Of a stretch of DNA of 32,000 nucleotides, positions 17,436-25,894 are shown piece by piece. Origin of the DNA: Halalkalibacterium halodurans. GTDB taxonomy: Bacteria > Bacillota > Bacilli > Bacillales > Bacillaceae_D. The notes below the pieces were generated by a model. That model was not told the DNA's origin. It did not search any database and was given only the letters and a program-made list of their open reading frames with translations. Every line of letters starts with the position of its first letter. Within the stretch, counting starts at the first letter, position 1. The stretch covers positions 25,476 to 57,475 of the forward strand of contig NZ_SNUY01000020.1 of the NCBI RefSeq assembly GCF_004376175.1. Reading direction: 5' to 3'. A program made the translations under genes and the position numbers.

Positions 17436-18041
17436 CTAATCTTCGTTCTGCTTGATTTCTTCCAATAGCGATTCATACTTTTCTATGTCTTCTTGTGATT
17501 CATTCCAATCGTCTGCGTAAATGTAGGCGATTTGGCCAAGTTCTACTCCGACAATTGCCTGAACATCTGTTTCTTTATTCACTAGAAGACAATAAGCGAC
17601 GAGCGATAACCCTCTATGTGGATAAAAAACTTCTGCTATTTCTGCACCGATCAATTGTTCAAAAAGAGGATGGTCTAAATTTTCTCGTATGATTGATTGG
17701 TAGCTTGGTTCAACGATTTGCGATAGAACCGCTTCTAACTCATGATCAGCCAAACGTTGCAGAAATAATTCGACAGGTTGTATCGTTTCTTCTACCATGC
17801 TAGCTTCTCTTTCTTGTGCAAAAGCTTCTTGTGTTTCCCTAATGGACTCTTGAATTTCAGGCGTGACAGCTTCTGGAACCGTTTTATCCTCAAATATCAT
17901 ATCCCCGTATTTATAGAAAAAACTAAGAATCAATCCTGTGATCATGATAATCGTAGGCCATTTATATGCGTTATATTTCCCTGATCGATTCGTTTTCTTC
18001 TTTTTTTCGCTCCCTTGGTGGTTGCCCTCATTCATGTCCAT
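17436..18041 (-). CDS. Hypothetical single-pass membrane protein with an acidic extracytoplasmic domain (201 aa)
   Basis: GGAGG lies 6 nt before the ATG. It has one TM segment (WPTIIMITGLILSFFY). I recognise no family. Confidence 0.55.
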   Translation of the reverse strand: MDMNEGNHQGSEKKKKTNRSGKYNAYKWPTIIMITGLILSFFYKYGDMIFEDKTVPEAVTPEIQESIRETQEAFAQEREASMVEETIQPVELFLQRLADHELEAVLSQIVEPSYQSIIRENLDHPLFEQLIGAEIAEVFYPHRGLSLVAYCLLVNKETDVQAIVGVELGQIAYIYADDWNESQEDIEKYESLLEEIKQNED

Positions 18042-18125
18042 TCCTCCATAACATTTTCATGCTGTCAAAGGGGGCGGTTGCTGCCCTCATTCCTTCAAAC
18101 GGTATAAATACTAAATTGCTCATGG

Positions 18126-18440
18126 TTAAGCCTTGAATGACGGTTCCTCCTCAGGTTGTTGCTCGAGATCTTCCTTGCTAGCCTTTAACTGCTGTAAGCT
18201 GTTTGTGACGGCCTTTAATAACAGAAACGACAAAATCATTAGAGTCAGAAAAACGAGATCTGATACGAGCAATAACTCGTTGGTAATATCTAAGGGATGT
18301 GCTCTAAGCATATAGTTATCAATGGAAGAATCGATGAAATAAAGACCCTTTGCAAACGGCCACATAGCAGAAAAGCGTTTCCCGTCATCGGCAGTTACTG
18401 GCTCGTGTTTTAACTTATTACTTATTTTCATAGGATGCAT
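18126..18440 (-). CDS. Hypothetical protein with a C-terminal TM segment (104 aa); possibly a fragment
   Basis: The ORF is open, but there is no recognisable RBS before either ATG (18440 or 18431). Its 5' end coincides exactly with the truncation point of the neighbouring pseudogene. Confidence 0.3.
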   Translation of the reverse strand: MHPMKISNKLKHEPVTADDGKRFSAMWPFAKGLYFIDSSIDNYMLRAHPLDITNELLLVSDLVFLTLMILSFLLLKAVTNSLQQLKASKEDLEQQPEEEPSFKA

Positions 18441-18441
18441 C

Positions 18442-19025
18442 TATCAAGAAGCGGCAAAAGCTTCTTTAACCACGGCCGCGCACGCCATAGGCTTAAATGG
18501 GGTTAAAAACGCAATCAAAGCTGGAGTCAATACAATCGAACATGGATATTACTTAGATAAGGAAACGGTTGATACGATGAGAGATTTAGGGATCTATCTC
18601 ACACCCACTCTCTTGGCTCCGACATTACTTCAAAAAAACAGTGAACACATTCCACAACATATGATAGATAAAATAGAAGAGATTGAAAAGGAACATAGAA
18701 AAAGTTTCCGACTAGCTTTAGAAAGAGGCGTTAAAATCATCGCGGGTACAGACGCTGGACCCCTTTTAATAATCCCGGTCAACTTGTAGAAGAATTAAAA
18801 ATTATGTTAGAAGAAGGTATGACAACTGCTCAGGCCATTGAATCGGCTACCTATTTAGGCGCTAAGTGTCTTAAAGTCGATTCCTTAATAGGATCTCTTG
18901 AGGAACAAAAATTGGCCGACCTAATTGTCGTTAAAGGAAATCCTTTAGAAGATATAAGCAACCTCAAGAATATTCAACACGTGTTTAAAGGAGGGGTTCG
19001 TCTTTACCCGGATCAAATCCATTGA
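18442..19025 (+). pseudogene. Amidohydrolase-superfamily (metal-dependent hydrolase) gene remnant: 5'-truncated and frameshifted
   Basis: Translation from 18442 gives ...TTAAHAIGLNGVKNAIKAGVNTIEHGYYLD...IIAGTDAG. The continuation TPFNNPGQLVEELKIMLEEGMTTAQAIESAT...VVKGNPLEDISNL is in a different frame (a 1-nt loss near 18757-18760). No N-terminal half or start codon is present. Confidence 0.8.
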
Positions 19026-19156
19026 CAGAATGCCATTTATATTCACAAAGAATAAAAAGGCGAAAAATTTTTTTCGCAAGTCTAAATAACCCCTTACCTT
19101 TTCATAAGTTACCCTTTATAATTAACGTCGACATTAATTTTTTAAGGGGATTAGAA

Positions 19157-20515
19157 ATGAAAGGTGAAACGAAAAAACAACTCACCCTCTTTGCCCTCAC
19201 TTGGCCTATATTCATTGAAATTTTGCTGCACATGCTTATGGGAAACGCTGACACTCTTATGCTCAGTCAATATTCTGATGACGCTGTTGCTGCGGTCGGT
19301 GTTTCAAATCAAATTCTCGCGGTCATTATTGTCATGTTCGGGTTCGTCGCAACTGGCACAAGCATTTTAGTCGCGCAACACCTTGGTGCAAAGGAGCGAG
19401 AAAATGCCGGAAAAGTAGCGGTTGTTTCGATAGGCGCCAACTTGATATTTGGTATCGTTTTAGGTTTATTGCTCATCGCCTTTGGTCCACCTATTCTAAA
19501 AGCGATGCAATTAGATGATAGCCTGTTACAAGAGGCCACTCTTTATTTACAAATCGTCGGTGGCTTTTCCGTTGTTCAGTCACTCATTATGACCGCAGGT
19601 GCCATTCTTCGGAGCCATTCATTTACGAAAGATGTTATGTATGTAACGATCGGGATGAACATCCTTAATGTGATCGGAAACTATTTGTTTATTTTTGGTC
19701 CGTTTGGGATTCCCGTGCTCGGTGTTACAGGGGTTGCCTTATCCACTGTCGTAAGTCGTACGATTGGCCTTTTCGTGATCGCCATCTTGCTTTATAAACG
19801 AATTAGAGGAGAGCTTCCATTTGCTTACTTATTAAAAACATTTCCTCGTGTCGAATTGAGAAATCTATTAAAAATTGGGATTCCATCTGCTGGAGAGCAA
19901 TTATCCTACAATGCATCTCAGTTAGTGATCACCTACTTTATCGCTATGATGGGCACAGAAGCACTCACAACGAAAGTGTACACCCAGAACTTGATGATGT
20001 TCGTGTTCCTTTTTGCTGTTGCCATCGGGCAAGGTACGCAAATTTTGATCGGTCATCAGGTCGGTGCGAAACAAATTCAGGCAGCGTATGTCCGCTGTTT
20101 TAGAAGTCTATGGATTGCCATGACTGTCTCCGTTTCAATGGCTGTGGTATTTTTTGCTTTCAGTACACCATTGCTCGGAGTTTTCACCGACAATCCCGAC
20201 ATCTTATCCCTCGGCACGACCTTGCTTTTGCTTACGATCATCTTAGAACCTGGGAGAGCATGTAACCTCGTGGTGATTAGCTCACTGCGAGCGGCAGGGG
20301 ATGTTAAGTTCCCGGTCTATTTAGCGATCGTGTCCATGTGGGGAATTGCCGTACCGATTGCCTATCTACTAGGGCTCCCCCTCGGTCTAGGCCTCATTGG
20401 GGTATGGATTGCCTTTATCGCAGATGAATGGTTCAGGGGATTGTTGATGATTTGGCGTTGGCGGAAAGGGAAGTGGCAAGAAATGTCCTTTGTCGGAAAA
20501 AAAGCGTCTGCATAA
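19157..20515 (+). CDS. MATE-family efflux transporter
   Basis: It has 12 TM segments and the MATE N-terminal pattern (LTLFALTWPIFIEILLHMLMGNADTLMLSQYSDDAVAAVGV). AAGGGGA lies 6 nt before ATG 19157. The track's 45-aa extension overlaps the pseudogene end and the promoter. Confidence 0.9.
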   Translation: MKGETKKQLTLFALTWPIFIEILLHMLMGNADTLMLSQYSDDAVAAVGVSNQILAVIIVMFGFVATGTSILVAQHLGAKERENAGKVAVVSIGANLIFGIVLGLLLIAFGPPILKAMQLDDSLLQEATLYLQIVGGFSVVQSLIMTAGAILRSHSFTKDVMYVTIGMNILNVIGNYLFIFGPFGIPVLGVTGVALSTVVSRTIGLFVIAILLYKRIRGELPFAYLLKTFPRVELRNLLKIGIPSAGEQLSYNASQLVITYFIAMMGTEALTTKVYTQNLMMFVFLFAVAIGQGTQILIGHQVGAKQIQAAYVRCFRSLWIAMTVSVSMAVVFFAFSTPLLGVFTDNPDILSLGTTLLLLTIILEPGRACNLVVISSLRAAGDVKFPVYLAIVSMWGIAVPIAYLLGLPLGLGLIGVWIAFIADEWFRGLLMIWRWRKGKWQEMSFVGKKASA

Positions 20516-20627
20516 ACCTGCTCATATAAGAGAAAATGTCCCAGTTCGTTGTAAAAAACAGGGGGAAGACATGAAAAATATGTCGGATTTTCTCCCACGA
20601 AACTTATCCCATTCTTTTAGTCACTCT

Positions 20628-20657
20628 TTGACATTAAACGAAATTTTAGATTAAAAT
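20628..20657 (+). promoter_or_regulatory. Putative sigma-A promoter of the TAXI-TRAP locus (TTGACA-18-TAAAAT)
   Basis: The hexamers were read directly, about 60 nt upstream of the TAXI start codon. Confidence 0.5.
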
Positions 20658-20716
20658 GGTACTATGCCTGTATGAAAGGGCATACGAAATAATAAATAAA
20701 AAAGGGGGAAACTTTC

Positions 20717-21757
20717 ATGAAGAAGAAACTTGGTTTTCTTTCAGCAGGCTTTCTTTCACTTGGTCTGATTCTAGGTGCATGTGGTGGCAATGCTGACACA
20801 GATGCGGAAGAACCAGCAGGTGACGATCCGGCCGATACAGGTGAAGAGCAGGAAGAAGCAGCTGGAGATCACTTAACAGATTTACAGCTTGGGACGGGGA
20901 GTACCGGTGGTACATATTATCCACTTGGTCAAGAAATCGCAAATGTATTAAATGCGAACGTGGATTACGATGGATTTAACGTTAGTGCCGTAGCATCTGG
21001 TGCATCGGTTGATAACCTTGGGCAAATTTTCCGCGGGGAAATGCAGCTTGGGATGACCGTTCATATCCCTGCCTTACAAGCGATTGCTGGTGAGGGGGAC
21101 TTTGAAGGAGCAGTTGTTGATAACTTCGGCTTCTTAGGCTACATCTATCCTGAAGTAATGCAAGTAGTTACGACAGAAGACACAGGAATTACTTCTATTG
21201 AGGACCTTAAAGGGAAGCGCGTTGCTATTGGTCCAGCTGGGAGTGCTACGCAGTCAGCTGCTCGGTTAATTTTAGAAGCACACGGTATTGAAGATGGTGA
21301 CTATGAAGCATTTGAAGAAGGCTTCGGTGATGCAGCTGCTCGTATTCAAGACGGACAGCTTGACGCCTCTTTCGGATTACTCGGGTTACCAGATAGCACG
21401 ACTTCAGAGCTTTCCCTTCAACGCGAAGTTGTCATCCTACCAATCGAAGGTGATGCCCTCGCATACGTTGAAGAAAACAGCGATTACGGTGCCTATGAAA
21501 TTGATGCAGGGGCATATGACTTCTTAGATGACTCTGTAAGTACGGTTACGGCTTATGCAATTCTCGTTGCTTCCTTAGATCAAGTTAGCGAAGATCTTGG
21601 CTACGAAATCGTTAAAGCGTTGTATGAAAATGCTGGAGGCATCACTCATCCACAAGGTGAACACATGAAAATGGAAAACATCCTAAATGGATCTGAAGGA
21701 TTACCGATCCATCCTGGTGCGCAAAAGTATTTCGAAGAGCAAGGTATAAGTGAATAA
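20717..21757 (+). CDS. TAXI-family TRAP transporter solute-binding lipoprotein
   Basis: It has a lipobox (LILGAC), an acidic linker, and the TAXI signature LGTGSTGGTYYPLG. RBS is GGGGGA. Confidence 0.9.
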   Translation: MKKKLGFLSAGFLSLGLILGACGGNADTDAEEPAGDDPADTGEEQEEAAGDHLTDLQLGTGSTGGTYYPLGQEIANVLNANVDYDGFNVSAVASGASVDNLGQIFRGEMQLGMTVHIPALQAIAGEGDFEGAVVDNFGFLGYIYPEVMQVVTTEDTGITSIEDLKGKRVAIGPAGSATQSAARLILEAHGIEDGDYEAFEEGFGDAAARIQDGQLDASFGLLGLPDSTTSELSLQREVVILPIEGDALAYVEENSDYGAYEIDAGAYDFLDDSVSTVTAYAILVASLDQVSEDLGYEIVKALYENAGGITHPQGEHMKMENILNGSEGLPIHPGAQKYFEEQGISE

Positions 21758-21769
21758 TTGAATGAAAGG

Positions 21770-21800
21770 GACTGGGCATCTCGCTGTCCAGTCTTTTTTT
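21770..21800 (+). terminator. Intrinsic terminator or attenuator after the TAXI receptor gene
   Basis: The hairpin GACTGG-N12-CCAGTC is followed by seven Ts. Confidence 0.6.
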
Positions 21801-21850
21801 ATACTTCCTCTAGTACGATTTATAAGTTTTGTAGAGTCGCTCAAAAATTG

Positions 21851-21879
21851 TCGACGAAAAAGCTATGAGCCGTTACAAT
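21851..21879 (+). promoter_or_regulatory. Possible internal promoter for the TRAP permease (TCGACG-17-TACAAT)
   Basis: The hexamers were read directly in the 260-bp spacer. Confidence 0.3.
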
Positions 21880-22017
21880 AGAAAGAGCCTTGGATTTCTA
21901 CAAATGATTAGACCTTCCTCGCATCGGCTTTAATTACGGGTCCTTCCTGTTCACTCTAGTTGTCTCTTCCTTTTTCGTCGGGAATTTTAACTTTATTTTA
22001 AGGTGGTGAATAGTCGT

Positions 22018-23982
22018 ATGAAAGAAAAGCAATCTGAAGCAGCTACAGTCGATAAAGCTGAAGAAATTTTGCGTAAATATGATAAAGAATCAAACTACCG
22101 TACGAACTTACAAAAATGGGTTTGGGTGGTTACGATACTCGCCATCTCCTTAACCCTTTTTCAACTATACACATCGTTTCGCGGGGCCTATGTGACCCTC
22201 ATACAAGGGGCCATCCATTTAGCTGGTGGCTTGTCGTTAATTTTTATTTTGTATCCAGCGAAACGCTCCCTATTAAAGAAGAAGGGAGTTCCTTGGTATG
22301 ACGGAGTACTTGCCCTCCTAGCCTTAGCCGCGAACTTTTACATTGTTTTTGAATACCAACGATTGACAAGCAATCAAGTGACGATTTTAGGTTACACCGA
22401 TTTGGATATTATCGTTGCCACATTAGGGGTTTTACTCGTCCTTGAAGCGACTCGTCGCGCGGTTGGCTTACCGATTGTGATCATTGCCACGGTCGCCTTA
22501 TTGTACGGGCTATTTGGGCAGCATTTTCCTGTCGCCCAGTTCCGACATGCCGGCTTCGATTTCGACCGGTTAATGACGCTCATGTTTTTTAATACCGAGG
22601 CGATATTTGGTACGCCGATCCGGATTTCATCCACTTTCATCTTCCTGTTTTTATTTTTCGGTGTCATGCTAACGAAGACGGGAATTGGCCAGTTTTTCAA
22701 CGACCTCGCCTTCGGTGCAACAGGCCGAATGACAGGGGGAACAGCTAAGGCTGCTGTTACCGCTAGTGGACTCCAAGGGATGGTTACGGGTAGCTCAGTT
22801 GCCAACACGGTTAGTTCTGGATCGTTCACCATTCCGATGATGAAGCGGGCTGGTTTCAAACCGGAATTTTCTGCAGCAGCTGAGGCCTCTGCGTCAACTG
22901 GTGGACAAATCATGCCACCGATTATGGGGGCAGCTGCCTTTATTATGGCGAGTAATACGGCGATACCGTATCAAGAAATTATTTTAATTGCTATTATTCC
23001 AGCTCTTTTATATTTTACCGGTGTGTTTATGGGTACCCATTTTGAAGCAAAAAAACAAGGCATTCGTGGTTTGCCAAAGGAACAACTTCCATCGCTAAAA
23101 GGGATTCTCAGACGACTTGATTTACTCGCACCGCTCGTAGCAATCATTGTCATGCTATACCTTGGCTACTCGCCTACACGTGCGGCTCTTTTTGGAATCG
23201 GTGCTGCTTTCTTCGTAAGCTTGTTCCGTAAAGACACACGCATGGGGATTCGCGATATTTTTGATACCCTTGAACAAGGAGCCCGTATCGCACTCCCGGT
23301 GATTGCGGCTTGTGCCACGGCTGGGATCATTGCTGGGATCGTCACAACGACAGGTTTGGGCGGGAAAATTGCCGGTGGTATTATCGATCTAGCCGGAGGA
23401 GTCTTCTTCCTCGTCTTGTTCTTTACAATGATTGCTTGCATCTTGCTCGGAATGGGCTTACCGACAACAGCTAACTATGTGGTTACTGCGTCGATGGCAG
23501 CGCCTGCTCTTATGGCCTTCGATAGTGTACCACTGATTGCTGCTCATTTCTTTGTGTTCTATTTCGGGATCGTTGCAGACATTACACCACCTGTTTGTCT
23601 TGCCGCCTATGCAGGTGCTGGGATTGCCAGGGCCAATCCGATGAAAGCAGGGATTACCGCCTTTAAACTGGCGATAGCCGCCTTTATCATTCCGTACGCC
23701 TTTATGTACAATCCGGTCTTACTCTTAGTAGATGCGAATTTTGTAGACATTGTCATTGCCGTCTCGACTGCCCTCATCGGTATGGCAGCCGTTAGCGCAT
23801 CGATGATGAACTACTTTGTTTCCCATACAAATATCATTGAACGCATTCTTTTATTCTTTGCAGGGGTCGCGTTGATTTTACCAGGTATTCTTTCCGCTTC
23901 AGGACTTGTCGTCGTCCTTGCGATCGCTGGTATTCAATTTTTCCGCAAACGAAGTAAAGACCAAGCACGAGCCACAACCTAA
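22018..23982 (+). CDS. TRAP transporter fused permease (4TM/12TM, TAXI-associated)
   Basis: It is about 655 aa and polytopic. The N-terminus is typical (ILRKYDKESNYR) and conserved blocks are present (GGQIMPPIMGAAAFIMA, GMGLPTTANYVVTASMAAPAL). AAGGTGGTGA lies 8 nt before ATG 22018. Confidence 0.9.
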   Translation: MKEKQSEAATVDKAEEILRKYDKESNYRTNLQKWVWVVTILAISLTLFQLYTSFRGAYVTLIQGAIHLAGGLSLIFILYPAKRSLLKKKGVPWYDGVLALLALAANFYIVFEYQRLTSNQVTILGYTDLDIIVATLGVLLVLEATRRAVGLPIVIIATVALLYGLFGQHFPVAQFRHAGFDFDRLMTLMFFNTEAIFGTPIRISSTFIFLFLFFGVMLTKTGIGQFFNDLAFGATGRMTGGTAKAAVTASGLQGMVTGSSVANTVSSGSFTIPMMKRAGFKPEFSAAAEASASTGGQIMPPIMGAAAFIMASNTAIPYQEIILIAIIPALLYFTGVFMGTHFEAKKQGIRGLPKEQLPSLKGILRRLDLLAPLVAIIVMLYLGYSPTRAALFGIGAAFFVSLFRKDTRMGIRDIFDTLEQGARIALPVIAACATAGIIAGIVTTTGLGGKIAGGIIDLAGGVFFLVLFFTMIACILLGMGLPTTANYVVTASMAAPALMAFDSVPLIAAHFFVFYFGIVADITPPVCLAAYAGAGIARANPMKAGITAFKLAIAAFIIPYAFMYNPVLLLVDANFVDIVIAVSTALIGMAAVSASMMNYFVSHTNIIERILLFFAGVALILPGILSASGLVVVLAIAGIQFFRKRSKDQARATT

Positions 23983-23984
23983 CG

Positions 23985-24024
23985 AAAAAACGCTAATCCC
24001 TCAAAAGGGGGATAGCGTTTTTTT
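23985..24024. terminator. Bidirectional terminator between the convergent TRAP permease and TauE genes
   Basis: The structure is AAAAAACGCTAATCCC-TCAAAA-GGGGGATAGCGTTTTTTT, a stem with one bulge and A/T runs on both sides. Confidence 0.75.
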
Positions 24025-24760
24025 AACTAAAAAATACGAGACTCAGAGCCGCAATGGCTACAACGATGCCTGCCAATCTACGAATGTTTTTCTGAGACAA
24101 GTAGGTGAAGCAATAAACACCGAGGCGTGTTCCAATGAAGACGCTTAAAAGACCGACAAGCAAGTAGATGAGGTACGATTGAGTAAAATCCCCATGTACA
24201 CCGTGAATGACGACCGTTGTGAAATTGGTAATAAAAAAACTGACTTGCAAATTGGCACTGTAGGCATACTTGTCGTCTCGGAATAAAAGCATAAAATAAA
24301 AAACAAAAAACGGTCCGCCCACTGCAAAAACGCCTCCAACAAGCCCACCGAAAAAGCCAAGGGTCGCTGGTAACCACGTTTGATTCACACTTCGTCCCTC
24401 CGGCTGCGGCTTATCCCAAAACAAGTAGCCAACCACGATAAGTAAAAATACACCTAAAATGGACTTTAAAAGATCCATCTCCCCGTAAGCTGTCAATACA
24501 AACGAAGCGACATAACGACCAATAATCGCTGCACACATAATGACAATTAAATCTTTCCAACGAATATGGTGGAATAATTGAATAACAATAAACAATGCCG
24601 TTAAAACACCTAGCGCTACGACAAGAAGGGTGCTCTCTTTAATCGTAAAGAAAAACGGCAGAAAGCTCATGGCAATGATACCAAAGCCAAAACCGCTCAC
24701 GCCTTGGACAAAACTTCCAACTAACAAAATCAAAAATATAAAAATAAGCTCCATCCACAT
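24023..24760 (-). CDS. TauE/SafE (TSUP) family anion permease
   Basis: It has about 8 TM segments. The family N-terminal motif (LLVGSFVQGVSGFGFGIIAM) and its internal repeat (GFFGGLVGGVFAVGGP) are present. GGAAGGA lies 9 nt upstream. Confidence 0.85.
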   Translation of the reverse strand: MWMELIFIFLILLVGSFVQGVSGFGFGIIAMSFLPFFFTIKESTLLVVALGVLTALFIVIQLFHHIRWKDLIVIMCAAIIGRYVASFVLTAYGEMDLLKSILGVFLLIVVGYLFWDKPQPEGRSVNQTWLPATLGFFGGLVGGVFAVGGPFFVFYFMLLFRDDKYAYSANLQVSFFITNFTTVVIHGVHGDFTQSYLIYLLVGLLSVFIGTRLGVYCFTYLSQKNIRRLAGIVVAIAALSLVFFS

Positions 24761-24979
24761 CTGTTTTGATCCTTCCTATATTCCAAGAGACCTACAATCG
24801 ACGAATCTCTCGTGATTCATTTCCAGTTCCATGCCCTATCTAGCAATGGTAAAGGCTCTATGCTATAAGTAAAGCACAGGTAAAAAACTCAGCGTTTGTT
24901 GAACCTTTAAAAGGGCAAAGCCGTAATTTGCTTACCGTAATCCTTTGTCCTTTAATCCTTAATAGAAATTAAACTTTCT

Positions 24980-25013
24980 AAAAAAACGTAGACCCATGCA
25001 ACACGCACGGGCC
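24980..25013 (-). terminator. Strand-specific intrinsic terminator of the aminotransferase-RpiR operon
   Basis: On the minus strand GGCCCGTG-CGTGTTG-CATGGGTC (two G-U pairs) is followed by TACGTTTTTTT. On the plus strand the same positions are A-C mismatches. Confidence 0.6.
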
Positions 25014-25020
25014 CTATTTT

Positions 25021-25884
25021 TCATTCATAAAAGACGTTAAAAGACGCCCACAGTTCTTCTAACTGCTGGAGTCGATTTTGAACTTTCTCGTGTTCCGATC
25101 GTGTGACCGCCGTAATGAATGCACTGACGATGCTATGGGGAGCTGCAAATGAATCAATAAATGAGTTGATCTCCGTAGCCGCTAAGAGCACACGGTCTCC
25201 ATATGGAACGAGGGGGGACAACGCATGATCGGTAATGACGATCGTTTTGGCCCCTCGTTGTTTCACATACTTTAACACATCAACGGTTCGCTTCGTATAA
25301 CGGGCAAATCCGAAGCCAATGACAAGATCGTCCTCGGTAATGTCCAGTAAGTGCTCAGACACTCCATCTGCCTGCTCAACCAGCTCTGTGTTTTGCAAGA
25401 CAAGATCTAAATAAAACGTTAAAAATTGTCCTAAGCTCGCGGCACTTCGATAGGCAATCACATAGATACGCTTCGCTTCTATAATACTATTAACGGCCTG
25501 TTCAAACTCTTCAAGCTCAATTTGTTGTAACGTCGCTCGTAAATTGGCCATGTCATCGGTTAAAATTTCTTCAATTGCATGGGACGGCCGATCCTCTCGA
25601 TCCGTTGTCCGTGCAAAAACTTCCGCCGATGTCATTTTCTTTTGCAAAGCCTCTTGCAAATGACGCTGTAGGTCAGGGTAGCCCTCATAGCCTAAAAACA
25701 CCGCAAAGCGAATGACCGTCGCTTCCCCCACTGCTGCATATTTTGCTAATTTTGATGCTGTGAGAAAAGGAGCGGTATCGGGATGTTGAATCAAGTAGTT
25801 GGCAATTTTCTTTTGTGATTTGCTCATTTTTTCTTGCAGATCCATAATCCGTTTGTACACATCGCTGTTTAACACAGGCATCAT
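25021..25884 (-). CDS. RpiR/MurR-family transcriptional regulator (HTH_6 plus SIS domain)
   Basis: The HTH is SKSQKKIANYLIQHPDTAPFLTASKLAKYAAVGEATVIRF. The SIS region is RIYVIAYRSAASLG...IGFGFARYTKRTV. ATG 25884 lies 10 nt after the aminotransferase stop. The exact start is uncertain. Confidence 0.85.
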   Translation of the reverse strand: MMPVLNSDVYKRIMDLQEKMSKSQKKIANYLIQHPDTAPFLTASKLAKYAAVGEATVIRFAVFLGYEGYPDLQRHLQEALQKKMTSAEVFARTTDREDRPSHAIEEILTDDMANLRATLQQIELEEFEQAVNSIIEAKRIYVIAYRSAASLGQFLTFYLDLVLQNTELVEQADGVSEHLLDITEDDLVIGFGFARYTKRTVDVLKYVKQRGAKTIVITDHALSPLVPYGDRVLLAATEINSFIDSFAAPHSIVSAFITAVTRSEHEKVQNRLQQLEELWASFNVFYE

Positions 25885-25894
25885 TCCTTTAAGA

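Noticed and set aside
18042-18125. A possible terminator between the two orphan membrane-protein genes (GGGCGG-TTG-CTGCCC).
   Set aside because: The stem has only about 4-6 bp with a mismatch, and there is no convincing U-run on the minus strand. The two genes may simply be co-transcribed.
20530-20600. A possible terminator after the MATE gene (GGGGGAAGACAT...ATGTCGGATTTTCTCCC).
   Set aside because: The stem is interrupted and imperfect and is not followed by a U-tract. The support is too weak to annotate.
22392-22913. A 173-aa minus-strand ORF inside TRAP permease 1. Similar antisense ORFs occur at 23166-23441, 30208-30546, 26364-26786, 15030-15503, 16679-17077, 9342-9731, 576-953 and 1029-1424.
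   Set aside because: All of them are embedded antisense in confidently assigned genes with clear family motifs. Their translations are Pro/Arg/Ser/Ala-rich with no recognisable domains or RBS. They are most simply codon-bias shadow ORFs.
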